DNA from: Savitreella phatthalungensis
Taxonomy: Eukaryota
NCBI GenBank assembly: GCA_051599415.1
Contig: AP039713.1
Location: 124,001 to 188,000 of the forward strand
Direction of reading: 5' to 3'
Length of the DNA stretch: 64,000 bases
Of this stretch, positions 1-10,685 are shown piece after piece. Positions within the stretch are counted from its first letter, which is position 1. Each line of letters opens with the position of its first letter. The translations under genes were made by a program, and so were the position numbers. Under the pieces are notes generated by a model. The model was given only the letters and a program-made list of their open reading frames with translations, did no database searches and had not been told where the DNA came from.

Positions 1-360
1 CGATCTTCACGCCCGATGGCGCGTCCAATTGGCCTCGCAAGGAGTTCTCCATCTCCAGCAATCTGCCTGCTTACCCGAGAACTCTCTCCTTGATTCATAA
101 GCAATCTCAGTCCCTTCTCCCCATCTCCTCTGAGCCACAGCTAGCCGCCAAGAGGCAAGAGGACACGTTGGAAGAAGAGGTATGTGTTTGTGCCGGGTAA
201 GATGTGCATTGACTGTTATGAGATCACGTGTTCTTGGGTCTGCGTTTGACCTGTCACAGGAACAACCTTAATCGAATGCATGTACGACCCTTGTACGCTT
301 GAACAGTCGATACGCTGACGAGGGGTTTAAGACATTCGGCCTTCTCCAGAGCAAGCTAAG

Positions 361-1074
361 ATGGCTGATCTGGATCCTTCGATCGTCGTCGATCAGCTAG
401 ACGCTCTTGATCAGGCGCTGGACACATTTGATGCTGCACTTGGGGTGTTCCTATCGGAGACGGCTGATCTGACCACACACCTGTCTGGCCTCGATTCTGC
501 GATGGACCGAGCGAAGGCCTGTGTTGCGCTGGCGTACGTGAGCGATTCTCTGGTATTTTCTGCACTTCAGAGCGGGAATCGCGAGACCGGTGGTCACCTG
601 GTGTCTGTGGAGCTCGAGCGGGCGAAGACGTATGTCGGGAAAGTGAAGGCGACAGCGGCAGCCGCCAGCGCCAAGCCCGACACTTCAGATCCAGCGCATC
701 TAGGGCAGAACGCTGACACATTCGCAGCAGCAAAGCTCGACAGGCAGCGTGCAAACGACGCAGCAAGGGCAGCTGCAAGACTACAGCAAGGAATGTTGAC
801 CGCCGCGTCGGAGTATGCGGTCGGCAGACACACCCGATTTGCTAATTCACCACTGGCCGTGGAGGCCACAGAGAAGTTGGCGGATGCAGGAGCAGGAACG
901 GAAGAGGCGGAGGAGGGCGAGGTGGTGACGGAGGTAGATCCGTACAAGGTAGAGGAGCCGATGAAGCCAGAAGGGTACGAGTCCAACAAGGATCGGAAGC
1001 GGCGTGTGGGTGAGGAGTTCAGAGAGCGGAACAAGGAGCGTAAGGCAAAGCGGCGAGCGAAACAACGCGGATGA
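361..1074 (+). CDS. Exosome-associated C1D/Rrp47 (Sas10/Utp3/C1D family) protein
   Basis: 237-aa ORF. Helical domain with 'DRAKACVALAYVSDSLVFSAL...HLVSVELERAKTYVGKVK' as in C1D/Rrp47, 'GRHTRF', and a basic C-terminal tail. Confidence 0.75.
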   Translation: MADLDPSIVVDQLDALDQALDTFDAALGVFLSETADLTTHLSGLDSAMDRAKACVALAYVSDSLVFSALQSGNRETGGHLVSVELERAKTYVGKVKATAAAASAKPDTSDPAHLGQNADTFAAAKLDRQRANDAARAAARLQQGMLTAASEYAVGRHTRFANSPLAVEATEKLADAGAGTEEAEEGEVVTEVDPYKVEEPMKPEGYESNKDRKRRVGEEFRERNKERKAKRRAKQRG

Positions 1075-1080
1075 GAGGAT

Positions 1081-1200
1081 CTGCGGCTGCGGCTGCGGCT
1101 GCGGCTGCGACTGCGACTGCGACTGGGACTGCGACTGCGACTGCGACTGCGACTGCGACTGCGACTGCGACTGCGACTGCGACTGCGACTGCGACTACGG
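1081..1200. repeat. Hexanucleotide microsatellite (CTGCGG)4 grading into (CTGCGA)n, 20 units
   Basis: Visible in the sequence. Lies between two convergent 3' ends and produces the spurious RS/CD/AT/AV repeat ORFs. Confidence 0.97.
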
Positions 1201-1350
1201 TAAGCTGCATACACGACCTGATGAATGACCGATTGAGACGAGATGCGATGAGATAGATTCTTTTTCCCTATCCGTGACGAACCAACTCCTGTAAACACCG
1301 GCAAAATCTAATAGTACTTCTACGACGATGATCTCTTTCTCTCCCCCAGG

Positions 1351-2553
1351 TCACTGAGCCTTCTTAACAAACTTGTCCAGAGGCCGAGGTCCTTCGTGCT
1401 GTGGGTGTTTGATGGTGAGGCACCAGATGTCGAGGTAGGTTGTGATGTCTGTGATGACGTCGATGACAAAGGATCCGTAGACGCCCGTGACGAGTCCCAG
1501 CATCGACCAGACGAATGCCCTCTCGTTTGCAGTTGACCACTTGGGCGGCGGGACGAGGAGAGCGATGATCATGGGTAGGAGGAGGGCGAGTGGCGGGAGG
1601 ACTGGGAAGGGTGCGTGGGTGACGTGAGCGGTGATGACGAGACCGACCTGGTAGGCGGCGACGATGCCGCAGACGAGCATGTAGGGGATCACAAGTTCAG
1701 TGACGACCACCTTCTCGTGCTGGTACGCGAACGCGAGCGTGATGATGGCCGTGGTGAAGAAGGGCACGAGTCCTGCGAGGGCAGGTCCCAGTGGCAAGTT
1801 CTGCTTTCTCCGTGCCCGGCCAACATTGACAGACGCAGACACAATGTTGGCCATCAACCCGACCGCGCCAAAGTACAGGAACGCGTGCTTCAGCTGCATT
1901 CCCGTGATCCAGAAAGGCGCCCATGACGGTGCAGCCAACCCCAAAAACGACCAGAACGGCGTGTCCCAGAACGCAGGGCCATACAGCCAGGCGGTCGTAT
2001 GCAGGCCAATCACGATCAGAATCCCTTCGACTGGACCAGAGAAGAAGGAGAGGTAGAGGGTGCCGGTGTGGTACTCTTCCCAGGTGGTCAGGTAGAAGTT
2101 TGCCACGGTCGCAAACTGGGAGATAAGTGCCCACCACGATTTGCCGAGGTTGATGGACGAGCAGGTGAGGAGGACCTCGAGCGTGGTGTTGAGCGCGTCA
2201 CACCCGTGATCGAACATCTCACCGAGTGGAGAAGACTGACCTGTGCGTCTGGCCTGCATACCGTCGATCGAGTCGAAGGACTGGTAGAGCCAGAGGCTGA
2301 TTGCCCAACAGAGGTAGACCCACGGTGGACAGGGTCTATCGAGCGCAGGTGCATAGTATAGGAGCTGGGCGACGTTGAATACTACGAATCCGAGGCCTGA
2401 CAGGGTGATCAGGTTCGGCGCCATTGATCTGGGGAACAAGGTGACTAGCCATGACCAGTATGGCTTGAGGATGTACTTTGAGACTGGCGACTTGTCAATC
2501 GACGAGTACTTGTACAGTCTCAGATTTTCCAGGTTCTGCCGAGACAGATACAT
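1351..2553 (-). CDS. EPT1: Choline/ethanolamine phosphotransferase (EPT1/CPT1 family)
   Basis: 400 aa. N-terminal 'YKYSSIDKS', 'APNLITL', the CDP-alcohol phosphotransferase motif 'DSIDGMQARRTGQSSPLGEMFDHGCD', 'WEEYHTG', and multiple TM helices. Confidence 0.93.
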   Translation of the reverse strand: MYLSRQNLENLRLYKYSSIDKSPVSKYILKPYWSWLVTLFPRSMAPNLITLSGLGFVVFNVAQLLYYAPALDRPCPPWVYLCWAISLWLYQSFDSIDGMQARRTGQSSPLGEMFDHGCDALNTTLEVLLTCSSINLGKSWWALISQFATVANFYLTTWEEYHTGTLYLSFFSGPVEGILIVIGLHTTAWLYGPAFWDTPFWSFLGLAAPSWAPFWITGMQLKHAFLYFGAVGLMANIVSASVNVGRARRKQNLPLGPALAGLVPFFTTAIITLAFAYQHEKVVVTELVIPYMLVCGIVAAYQVGLVITAHVTHAPFPVLPPLALLLPMIIALLVPPPKWSTANERAFVWSMLGLVTGVYGSFVIDVITDITTYLDIWCLTIKHPQHEGPRPLDKFVKKAQ

Positions 2554-2957
2554 GGCTGAGGTAGGACTGGTAGAGGCTCGCTGGACAGACCGGGAGATCC
2601 GAGGAAGTCTGAAGGACTTGACTGGAGAGAGAAGTATGAGCTGAAGGATACAAGGGAAGTGCTCACCGCGGGAGGGTCTTGCAAACTCCTAGTGACTCGG
2701 TTATGTCAACAGACACTTTAACTCCGAGCAGAGTCCTTTGAACGCTTGTACGGACCCTGAGATGGCCTTTATCAAACGGTCTGTTGACCCCTTGTCACCT
2801 CTCTTTGGACCTAAGCGTTTTGGTCTATTTCTGTGACACCTGGTACACAAAAGGGTTTCATAGGCACGTGCAACTCTATGACGCAAATCCAGGAATTCAC
2901 GTGCCGTCTGACACTAAATTTCAGAGAAAAATGGGAAAAAAAAAATGGAAAAAAAAA

Positions 2958-3048
2958 TGGACCAGACAGGAATCGAACCAGCTACCTCCTGCTCAATCCG
3001 AAAGTCGAAAAGTGCGATGCAGGCGCTCTACCAATGAGCTACAGGCCC
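2958..3048 (-). tRNA. tRNA-Ala(CGC) with a 19-nt intron (2994-3012)
   Basis: The reverse complement folds as a cloverleaf: acceptor GGGCCTG/CTGGTCC-A with the G3:U70 Ala determinant, D-arm GCTC-ATTGGTA-GAGC, anticodon stem CCTGC/GCAGG, anticodon CGC (3014-3016), intron after position 37, T-loop TTCGATT. Downstream oligo-T runs fit a Pol III terminator. Confidence 0.9.
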
Positions 3049-5117
3049 ACTAGCCTCAGCTGGACAATCTTCAATACATATACCGTTCACGCAATGCTCA
3101 TTCGTCCTTGCACGTCTTGATCTGTTCCGGTCACCACACTGTCCTCGTGACTTTATCCACTCACTCATCGTCTCCCTGGGTCTATCTCGATCATGTCTCC
3201 TATTACAGTTGCAAAATGAGTCTTGTCAAAGGTCATGTCGAGTATGGTCAAGTCGAGTCTAGCTATGTCAAGCCGAGTCAAGCCATGTCACGAGGTATAT
3301 CGATCAGTGAATGACCTCTTTCTAGGTTCCAATGCCAAGGCCGAGGTCACCATGGATAAGCCAGAGAACAAAACCTTCGTCATGATTGTCATGATGCTTA
3401 TCGAGCATTCTGCCTGGTCTCTGATTGCTGCTCTGGTTGCTCTTCCCCGGATCTATGCTTGGGATAGGTGCAACGAAGACATGATGAGCATGACGTCAAA
3501 AAAGAAGATCAACAGACATTAGATCTAGACTGTATTCGAGTTGCGCAGCACGTCCGTCACTTTTGAGGCTTTGGATCTCATCTCGTGACTATTCTTGCCG
3601 AGCTTCCCGTCCATTTGCTTCCCGCATGGCTGATGCGCATGCAAGATCGTCACCCGTGTAGGAATATCCCAGCTGTGATCCTCTACCGGCTTGGACAGAC
3701 CCATAAGCCTAATAAGCTTAATGAACCTTATCCTGGGTCACTCGGGGTAGCCAGGTGGGAGGCCCATGACTGTCTCTAACGCACGGGTCAGTCAATGACC
3801 ATACACTAATCTGTGCACCCAGCAAATATCTCCCATCCCAAAGATCATCTCGAAGGCTCACTTGGTCAGCTTCTACAGACCACACACCTACGATCACTCG
3901 CTGCACAGACAGACAGACGTCACTCAGGAATTAGAGTTCACTAGGTGGCTTGACTATCCGAGCAACGGTGACATCACTCAGACCCCGGACCTTCCTGGGA
4001 TACCGTGAAATCGATTGACGAAGATTGTCTGCCTCGATAGATTCCCACTCATTTACACCATCACTCACATTCACTCAACTCATTCCAATGGCTCTCTTCT
4101 TCACCAGGTGTGACATAGGTCGATCGACAGACGAAAGGAAAGTCTAGAGATCTTCTATGAAGCTGAAGAAGGTATCCACCCGCATTTCTCACTGACGCTG
4201 AGGTCATTGAAAAGTGTCTATCTCCTTAGGCTTGTACAAGGGTTTCTCCTGCCAGTGCTCTCATATCTTAAATACGCCATCAGCAGAAATACACAAATTC
4301 GATTTGACGCCACACAACATCTCCGCCCTTGTTTACGACATTCTACACAATATCCAAACAACCTCTGCCTCTCTCAGGTATTTACTTCTCAACGCTCGTT
4401 CCTCATCCTATTCTTCTAGAGTCAATGGATCGCCTGCCTGAACACTTGCCTGCTTGTATGGCTTCCTCCTTTGCCAGCCAGGATTATGATCCTTCTCTCT
4501 AAAAGTCTCGCTTGACGGCTCAAGCCTGCGCAGAACCTTCCCGAGAAAGCAGGGAAGCTCCTCCGTCACTGTCCACTGTCCAAACCACAGTTCACAGAGC
4601 ACAGAGGAAAGAGCCCAAGGCTCAGAGCAGCGAGAATAGAACCCACAGCACAGACTTCAAAGCACAAAGGCCGAACGACTTAGGTCGATCTGTTGATTTT
4701 CCGCTAACCGTCCATCAATGACTCCCCAAAGAGCTGAAGACTCTGAAAAGACTAATCGAGCAGCCAGGTGTTTTGGATCGATGTCCTCGTCAGACAGCCC
4801 AGCCAGCCATCAAGCATAAACCTGGCAAGCGGTCATCAGTCGTCATGGACATTCCAGAGTCATTCGTCTCTTCCCCCTCCTCCTTCCGCAAACCTTCTTA
4901 ACCACGCCTTCCCCGACACCAAGTCCAACGGTCGAACAGCCTTGACAGCTCAACCGGTGGATCCTATCTCATCCCTAGACAACCTTTTCCCAACCGTCAA
5001 CACACATAAAAGGAAGAAGGACGTCTATTTGCGACAGCCTTTCTAGACACCAGCACATCTCATCTCGTCGAAACACAGAAAAGTAAAAGCTTTGTTTTCC
5101 AGCTCAAACTTATCATC

Positions 5118-5997
5118 ATGCCGAACGGAGGTCGTGTCGCTTTTACGCTTCTGAGCATCCTCTTCACCAGCGGAGCGCTCCTGTTGCTCTTCTTCACCGT
5201 CCTTGACGGCGCAAGAACTACCAACCCGCTCAACAAGTTCTGGTACTTGAAGGCAGCTGTGCCGAGCAACAGCGGCATCAACCAGCCAGATGGCTACTCC
5301 TACTGGACCAACTACAACATCTGCGGCGGCAACAACGGCGTCCTGGGCGAGTGCGGTCCCATCAAGGCCGCCTATGGCTTTGACCCGACCAACCAGGTCC
5401 AGCAGGCTCCGAACGTCTTCTCCTCCTCCCACTCGTTCTTCTACATCGCCTCCCGCGTCTACTACGCATTCCTCCTCATCGGACTCTTCTTCACCTTTGT
5501 CGCATGGCTCACAAACCTGGCAGGCATCTTTGGCCGTCTCGGCAGCTTCATTGCTATGCTCTTTGCCTTCCTCGCCTTTGTGTTTGACGCCATTGCAGCT
5601 TCATTGATGACGGCCGTCTACGTCCGTGGACGCAAGGACTTCCGTGACAACGGCATCGATGCACACCTGGGCGTCAAGCTCTTTGCATTCATGTGGACCG
5701 TTGTCGCGCTCATGCTCCTCTGCTCCCTCTTCTACGCCATCGGCATCTGCCTCCCGTCCAAGGGACTCCCGCCGTCGTCGTGGCCGCAAGAACAACTACG
5801 TCGAGAAGCCGCTCGTCACCTCTGACAACGAGTCGTACGCTCCGATCGCTGCCCACCCAGCACCGACCGTTGGCGAGTCCACCTACGTCGCTCCATCCGT
5901 CGGCTACGAGTCCGGTCTCCCACGTTCTTCGTACGAGCGTGCGGGAAAGCTCGACGGCCCCATCGACAGCACCACCGGCGCCACCTACGTCCGCTAA
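5118..5997 (+). CDS. SUR7/PalI-family tetraspan membrane protein; the C-terminal tail appears to lie in the +1 frame after about 5762
   Basis: Four TM helices, claudin-like 'YWTNYNIC...C' loop and 'LGVKLFAFMW'. Frame 0 stops at 5825. The +1 frame gives a typical charged cytoplasmic tail to 5997. Confidence 0.85.
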
Positions 5998-6451
5998 GGA
6001 CTTAGTTCTCGGCCACGGCAATGCCTGCCCGTAAAGGTGTATCGACAAATCTCACACCCACACCATACCATCCACACCATAATCACTACACTCTAATACC
6101 GGGACCAATCCGACTTGTCCATACATCTTTTTATCATCTCATATCATCCCACAGGTCATAGCCGTCTAATTTTCACCAGGCAGTCCCCTGTCACCATATT
6201 CCCCGCGTGTCTCAACCTATTCTCGTCACCATCATCGTTATCGTCATCATCTAGATGTACACACGTGAATCTCTGTATCCCGTGCAATGTGCGCCGGTGT
6301 CACAAATCCACATAAGCCTTCGGAAGATTATGATGCATAATCAATGTGGGGGGAATCTGTGTAACAGGCATGCCACAAAACACTCTTGCACAAGCACAAG
6401 CACGCACCCTCGCACCCTCGCACCAACGACGTCCCTTCCACTCCTTCAGTC

Positions 6452-7210
6452 ATGGGTCTAGACGATGGGGACGTCATGGACGACCGCCCTTCTGACGAAG
6501 CGATCCTCGCTCACAGACTAGCCGTCGAGTCTGACGCAACGTCCTCGCAACCGCTTCTCTCCGCACGCGCACCGCTCTCCTCCCTGCTAGACGACTACAA
6601 ACACGATCCCATTGTCATCCGAAAGATCGAATCACTTATCTCCGACAGTCCTTTCACCCACATCTACAGAACTCGCGGCGACGGCAACTGCTTCTACAGA
6701 GCCTACCTCGCAGGTCTCTCCCTGTGGTCATCATCCTGCGGAACAACATCGTCTGCCACGGCTGCCCTACGCTCCACGGGGATGAAGATCTTGGGTGACG
6801 CCGGGTTCTCCGAGATCGTGTACGAGGATTTTGTAGAGTGCCTTGTGTGCGCTGTGAAGGAGGGTGTGGAGGCTGTGCGGGATGTGGAGACGTCTAACGG
6901 TGGTGTGTGTGGGTTACGGCTGCTTGCAAGTGCTGTGGTGCGTGAGGACCCTGCGCACTACGCTGGGTTCGCCGGCGTGGATGTGGGAGCGGTGGGCGCG
7001 TTCGTGGAGAGAGAGATCGAGGCGTTCGGTGCAGAAGCAGATCACCTGCCCATCGCAGCACTCACAAAAGCCCTAGTCCTCCTACACCTACCAACCCCAA
7101 ACATCCTCACCCTAGATCGCACCACCCAAAGGTCCACCTACACCCCTAAACAAGACAGGCCCTCTGTCACACTCCTCTATCGCCCAGGACACTATGACCT
7201 ACTCGTCTAG
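6452..7210 (+). CDS. Otubain (peptidase C65) deubiquitinase
   Basis: Catalytic motifs 'RTRGDGNCFYRA' and 'LLYRPGHYDLL', plus 'EADHLPIAAL'. First ATG at 6452. Confidence 0.92.
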   Translation: MGLDDGDVMDDRPSDEAILAHRLAVESDATSSQPLLSARAPLSSLLDDYKHDPIVIRKIESLISDSPFTHIYRTRGDGNCFYRAYLAGLSLWSSSCGTTSSATAALRSTGMKILGDAGFSEIVYEDFVECLVCAVKEGVEAVRDVETSNGGVCGLRLLASAVVREDPAHYAGFAGVDVGAVGAFVEREIEAFGAEADHLPIAALTKALVLLHLPTPNILTLDRTTQRSTYTPKQDRPSVTLLYRPGHYDLLV

Positions 7211-7346
7211 AACCTACCCAAAGAACTGTAGATACCAAAAAATCACACCCCGAGGTCGATCATTGATTGATAAATTCAAAGAAACACAAATCCACGCGTC
7301 ACAAACACCACCAACTTTCACTCCTCCACACACACGATCACTCGCG

Positions 7347-7973
7347 ATGGCTTCAATGGGATGCCGATGGCGGAGACGGCTAGTGAACCCATCGATCGAG
7401 GTTCTTTCATCTGGTGGTGGTAGCGGTGGTGTGAAGGATGGTCTTGGGGTGTTAGCGTCGTCTGGTCTCCAGGCTGACCGCGAGGCCTCTGCTGGTGTTG
7501 GTAGGCGTAAGGTTGGGTTCAAGGTTCGGCGGTGGGTGGATGTTGAGGAGGAGGATGGAGAAGACGCGGTCACGATGCCGAAGGTGTACAGGCGTCGGGT
7601 GGTCGAGAGGCCCTTGCAGGAAACCACTTCCGAGCAGCTGCCACAGGAAGTCATCAACGCAGGAACCATCGACGAGTCACAAACGCCAGAACCAGCAGTC
7701 GTCGTCGAGCATACCGACCCGGCACTCGAGATCGCAGCGGCGTCGGCAGCAGCAGAGGAAGGCGAGAATGCAGATATAGGGATGGAGGATGTGGTGGAGG
7801 ATGCAGCACAGGGAGAATCAAAGGTTCAGGAAGTCGTCGGAGAAGGGTTGGCAGGAGAGGGGGGCGTCGGCCAGGAAGAGGTCAGGGAGGTAGGCGAGGC
7901 AGCGACGCTGGAAGTCATTCCGCCGCCACCCCAACCCACCGAACCTAGGGCCGATGCTCCCGAACACGAGTAG
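7347..7973 (+). CDS. Hypothetical protein with a basic/Trp N-terminal motif and an acidic low-complexity tail
   Basis: 208-codon ORF from ATG 7347 with protein-like E/A/V-rich composition. The opposite-strand frames I checked near its 3' end are interrupted by stops. Confidence 0.55.
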   Translation: MASMGCRWRRRLVNPSIEVLSSGGGSGGVKDGLGVLASSGLQADREASAGVGRRKVGFKVRRWVDVEEEDGEDAVTMPKVYRRRVVERPLQETTSEQLPQEVINAGTIDESQTPEPAVVVEHTDPALEIAAASAAAEEGENADIGMEDVVEDAAQGESKVQEVVGEGLAGEGGVGQEEVREVGEAATLEVIPPPPQPTEPRADAPEHE

Positions 7974-8103
7974 GCAAAACTGATAGATGGTATGGGATCT
8001 TGATCATCGTTGTTCTTCTTGTTTCTAGTGTGGAGAATCTATAGACTATGTACAGTCGGGAAAGGTCGAGTGTGGTGGCAAGGCATTGTGACCTTTTGAG
8101 GCT

Positions 8104-9147
8104 TTACATGTGCATGAGGTTGGCAATGGAGACGCGCTTGCGGTGCTCGTGTACTGGCTGTGGGTGTGGGTGTTTGGATGGTGACGGGTGGGCGAGTGGC
8201 GCGAGTGCGAGCGGGGATGTGAGGGAGATGGCTGTGATCGGGTTGGTGATTGGGGTGTGTGATGGCCCGAGCATGGGCGACTCTGAGATCTGGACGAGGG
8301 ATTCTGCGGCCGCGAGAGCCTCGTCCTCGGCACCTGGCGCTGCAGATGGCACACCTGGTCCAACAGACGATAGCTGTCTCGATGAGAGTCCTGGGAGAGA
8401 CGGTGGCAGCATGTCTACGGGCGAGATGGATCCGCGAGAGATCTCCGGCGAGTGCTTGGCAGTTGACGGTGCGGTGAACGCGTGGGCACCAGAACCGATG
8501 TGTCCGGACGCAGTGGCAGTGGACGCACGCGACGACGCAGGAGACTGCATGCCAGATCTGTGCTGGAGTTCGGGGGTGTTGTAGTCCTCATCCTCATCAT
8601 ACGAGGCATGCTCATCCTCATTTTCGCTGTCGCACGCAGTCGATCGACGTTGGCGCTTTCTGTCACGAGGTTCGCCGTCGTCGTCGCTGCTGCCACTCAA
8701 GGACTCGCCGACATCCCGCAGGCGCGCTTGCAGGACCTCGATGTAGTCTGCGGTTGCCTGAAGCACGTCGAGCTTGCGCAACGTCGCCTCGTTCCCGTGA
8801 CATGCAGGGACGAGAGCCTTCAATCTGATCATGGTGTCGTTAATCTTCTCCCGACGGCGCTTCTCGATCTGCGAGTGGGTCGTCTTGCGTGACGGCTTTG
8901 GTCTGCGAGCATTCGAGGAGCCGCTCGAGTTCGTCGCAGATGATGCAGCCTGGGGGACCGCGTAGCCATGTGAGGACGCACGCGCGGCAGGCTGCTGATC
9001 GGAACCTTTGTACACGACTGACGATGGCGGCAGTGCAAGTTCAGGCAGGACCTCGTAGCTTGCAGGTGCTCTGATCTGTGTTGAGCCCGGGGGCGTGGCA
9101 AGATAGGCTGAGGTGCCGGTGGAGTTCTGCTGCTGCTTGCCCATCAT
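8104..9147 (-). CDS. bHLH transcription factor (E-box-binding class)
   Basis: 'HSQIEKRRREKINDTMIRLKALVP...LRKLDVLQATADYIEVLQ' has the H-E-R basic-region residues of CACGTG binders. C-terminal 'RVSIANLM'. First ATG at 9147. Confidence 0.9.
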   Translation of the reverse strand: MMGKQQQNSTGTSAYLATPPGSTQIRAPASYEVLPELALPPSSVVYKGSDQQPAARASSHGYAVPQAASSATNSSGSSNARRPKPSRKTTHSQIEKRRREKINDTMIRLKALVPACHGNEATLRKLDVLQATADYIEVLQARLRDVGESLSGSSDDDGEPRDRKRQRRSTACDSENEDEHASYDEDEDYNTPELQHRSGMQSPASSRASTATASGHIGSGAHAFTAPSTAKHSPEISRGSISPVDMLPPSLPGLSSRQLSSVGPGVPSAAPGAEDEALAAAESLVQISESPMLGPSHTPITNPITAISLTSPLALAPLAHPSPSKHPHPQPVHEHRKRVSIANLMHM

Positions 9148-9880
9148 CTGCTGGTCTTTGGTCTCAAGAAGCGGATGTGTGCTCAGATGTACGTTATAAA
9201 TGCGGGTCTCAGGGATGACTGAGGGAGAGTTGATGAGGCAGGCCACCTCCAAGGTGTCGTCTGACCGAGTCTCCGATTGAGCGTGTTAATCACCTTTTCC
9301 CTTTCCCTTCGGAGCTTTCGCTAGCTGTCCAACACCGAGTACACGAGTACTCGAGCTCGAGAGGTCAGTCGCGTGTATGACTTGGGAGCTGTCGTTCCCG
9401 CGACGGAGATGTCCTGGCGCTAGACTGATGGCAGTGATGGATTTACGAGGTAGCTCGTTATGCCAACCCGACAGTTCCGCTTCTCTTGAGTTTTCCCCAC
9501 ACCTGCTTGGTTGCGATTCCCCTTTGGATGTACGGCCGGGGGCGTTCCGGCAGTTCGGCCGAAGTGGACAAGATACAATGTATGAAGGTAAACGGTTGAA
9601 TGGATGGAGTGGTAGTGTACCTTGTGTGTCGAGGTCTGAAGTTCAGGACTCACACGACGAAGAGGAAATTCCCGATGTCTATAGAATGATCTTCCGATCC
9701 TCTCGCCCTTGTCAATCACTGACTGACTGGCTGATTTACTGTCTGACTCTGGTATCTACCTGTCGGCTTGCTCGGATCACACTCTCACTCGAAACAGGGT
9801 CTACCTACGCAACACGCCACGAGCTTTTCCGAGTAGATTCAGACCTGAACAGCATGTTTGAGGGTGAAAAGGTAAGGCAA

Positions 9881-9945
9881 TGAGAGAGTGAGAGAGTGTG
9901 AGAGAGAGAGAGAGAGAGATCTGAAGAGAGAGAGAGAGAGAGAGA
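9881..9945. repeat. Imperfect (GA)n microsatellite
   Basis: Visible in the sequence. Confidence 0.9.
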
Positions 9946-10642
9946 CGACCCTGGTGGTTGTCGAATGTTTATTGCTCGTGTAGCTGTAGCGGTCAAATGG
10001 TTTGTATGGGAAGAGGCGCGTGCTTCAACCAAGCGGATCCTGCAGGTTGACAGCCGAAGGAAAACCCATTTGAGCGATCGACCTCCATGGATGTCCTATC
10101 AAAAAGAGGATTGCTGGGCTCGTGCACACGACATGGCAGAGGCTTCTACTTGGGATCACTTGAGGATTGGCTCCCATGGGGGTCCAGACAGAATGGAAGA
10201 AGCCTGGAGCGCTGGGTGGAGGTTATCGAAGGGTTCGTAGATCTACCAATAAAGCACCCAGTGGAGTGAGCGTGAGTGATTGGAATAGATGAGGGCTCAC
10301 AGACCGGTGGAAGATATCACAGACTGGTGGCAGATATGTGGCCGGGCACACGACACATATCACTCATGCACATGTTCATGCACAGGCCTATGAGAGAAAG
10401 GGATGCCTGAGTCCATTGAGGATCGACCCAGAAGCGAAGCGAGCTAGTGAGAGAGTGAGTTGAGCCATGAGGGGAGTATCTATCAAACCAAGATGGCTTG
10501 AAGGTAGAATCCGCTTGAGCGACTTCAGAATTGCACCATATGGCAAAGACCTTCCTCACAGGCTGTCGGGTGTGTCGTATGGAGAATCCAATCTAACTTC
10601 CGTCGTATTCCACCCGCTTGTCTATGCTCATCGTTCATAGAC

Positions 10643-10685
10643 GAATGAATGAATGAATGGATGAATGAATGAATGAATGAATGAA
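10643..10685. repeat. (GAAT)n tetranucleotide microsatellite
   Basis: About 10 units with one variant unit, visible in the sequence. Confidence 0.9.

Noticed and set aside
1..53. Possible 5' end of a minus-strand gene (MENSLRGQLDAPSGVKI...) running off the window
   Set aside because: Only 17 codons are visible, too few to support a call.
594..1304. ORFs encoding (RS)n, (CD)n, (AT)n and (AV)n repeats that resemble SR proteins or metallothionein
   Set aside because: They are reading-frame products of the CTGCGA microsatellite and overlap the C1D gene or its 3'UTR.
3100..5050. Long gene-free stretch with short ORFs and GTCAA/GTCGA-like low complexity at about 3220-3290
   Set aside because: I could not assemble a coherent spliced ORF, TIR or LTR. 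Treated as the SUR7-like upstream region.
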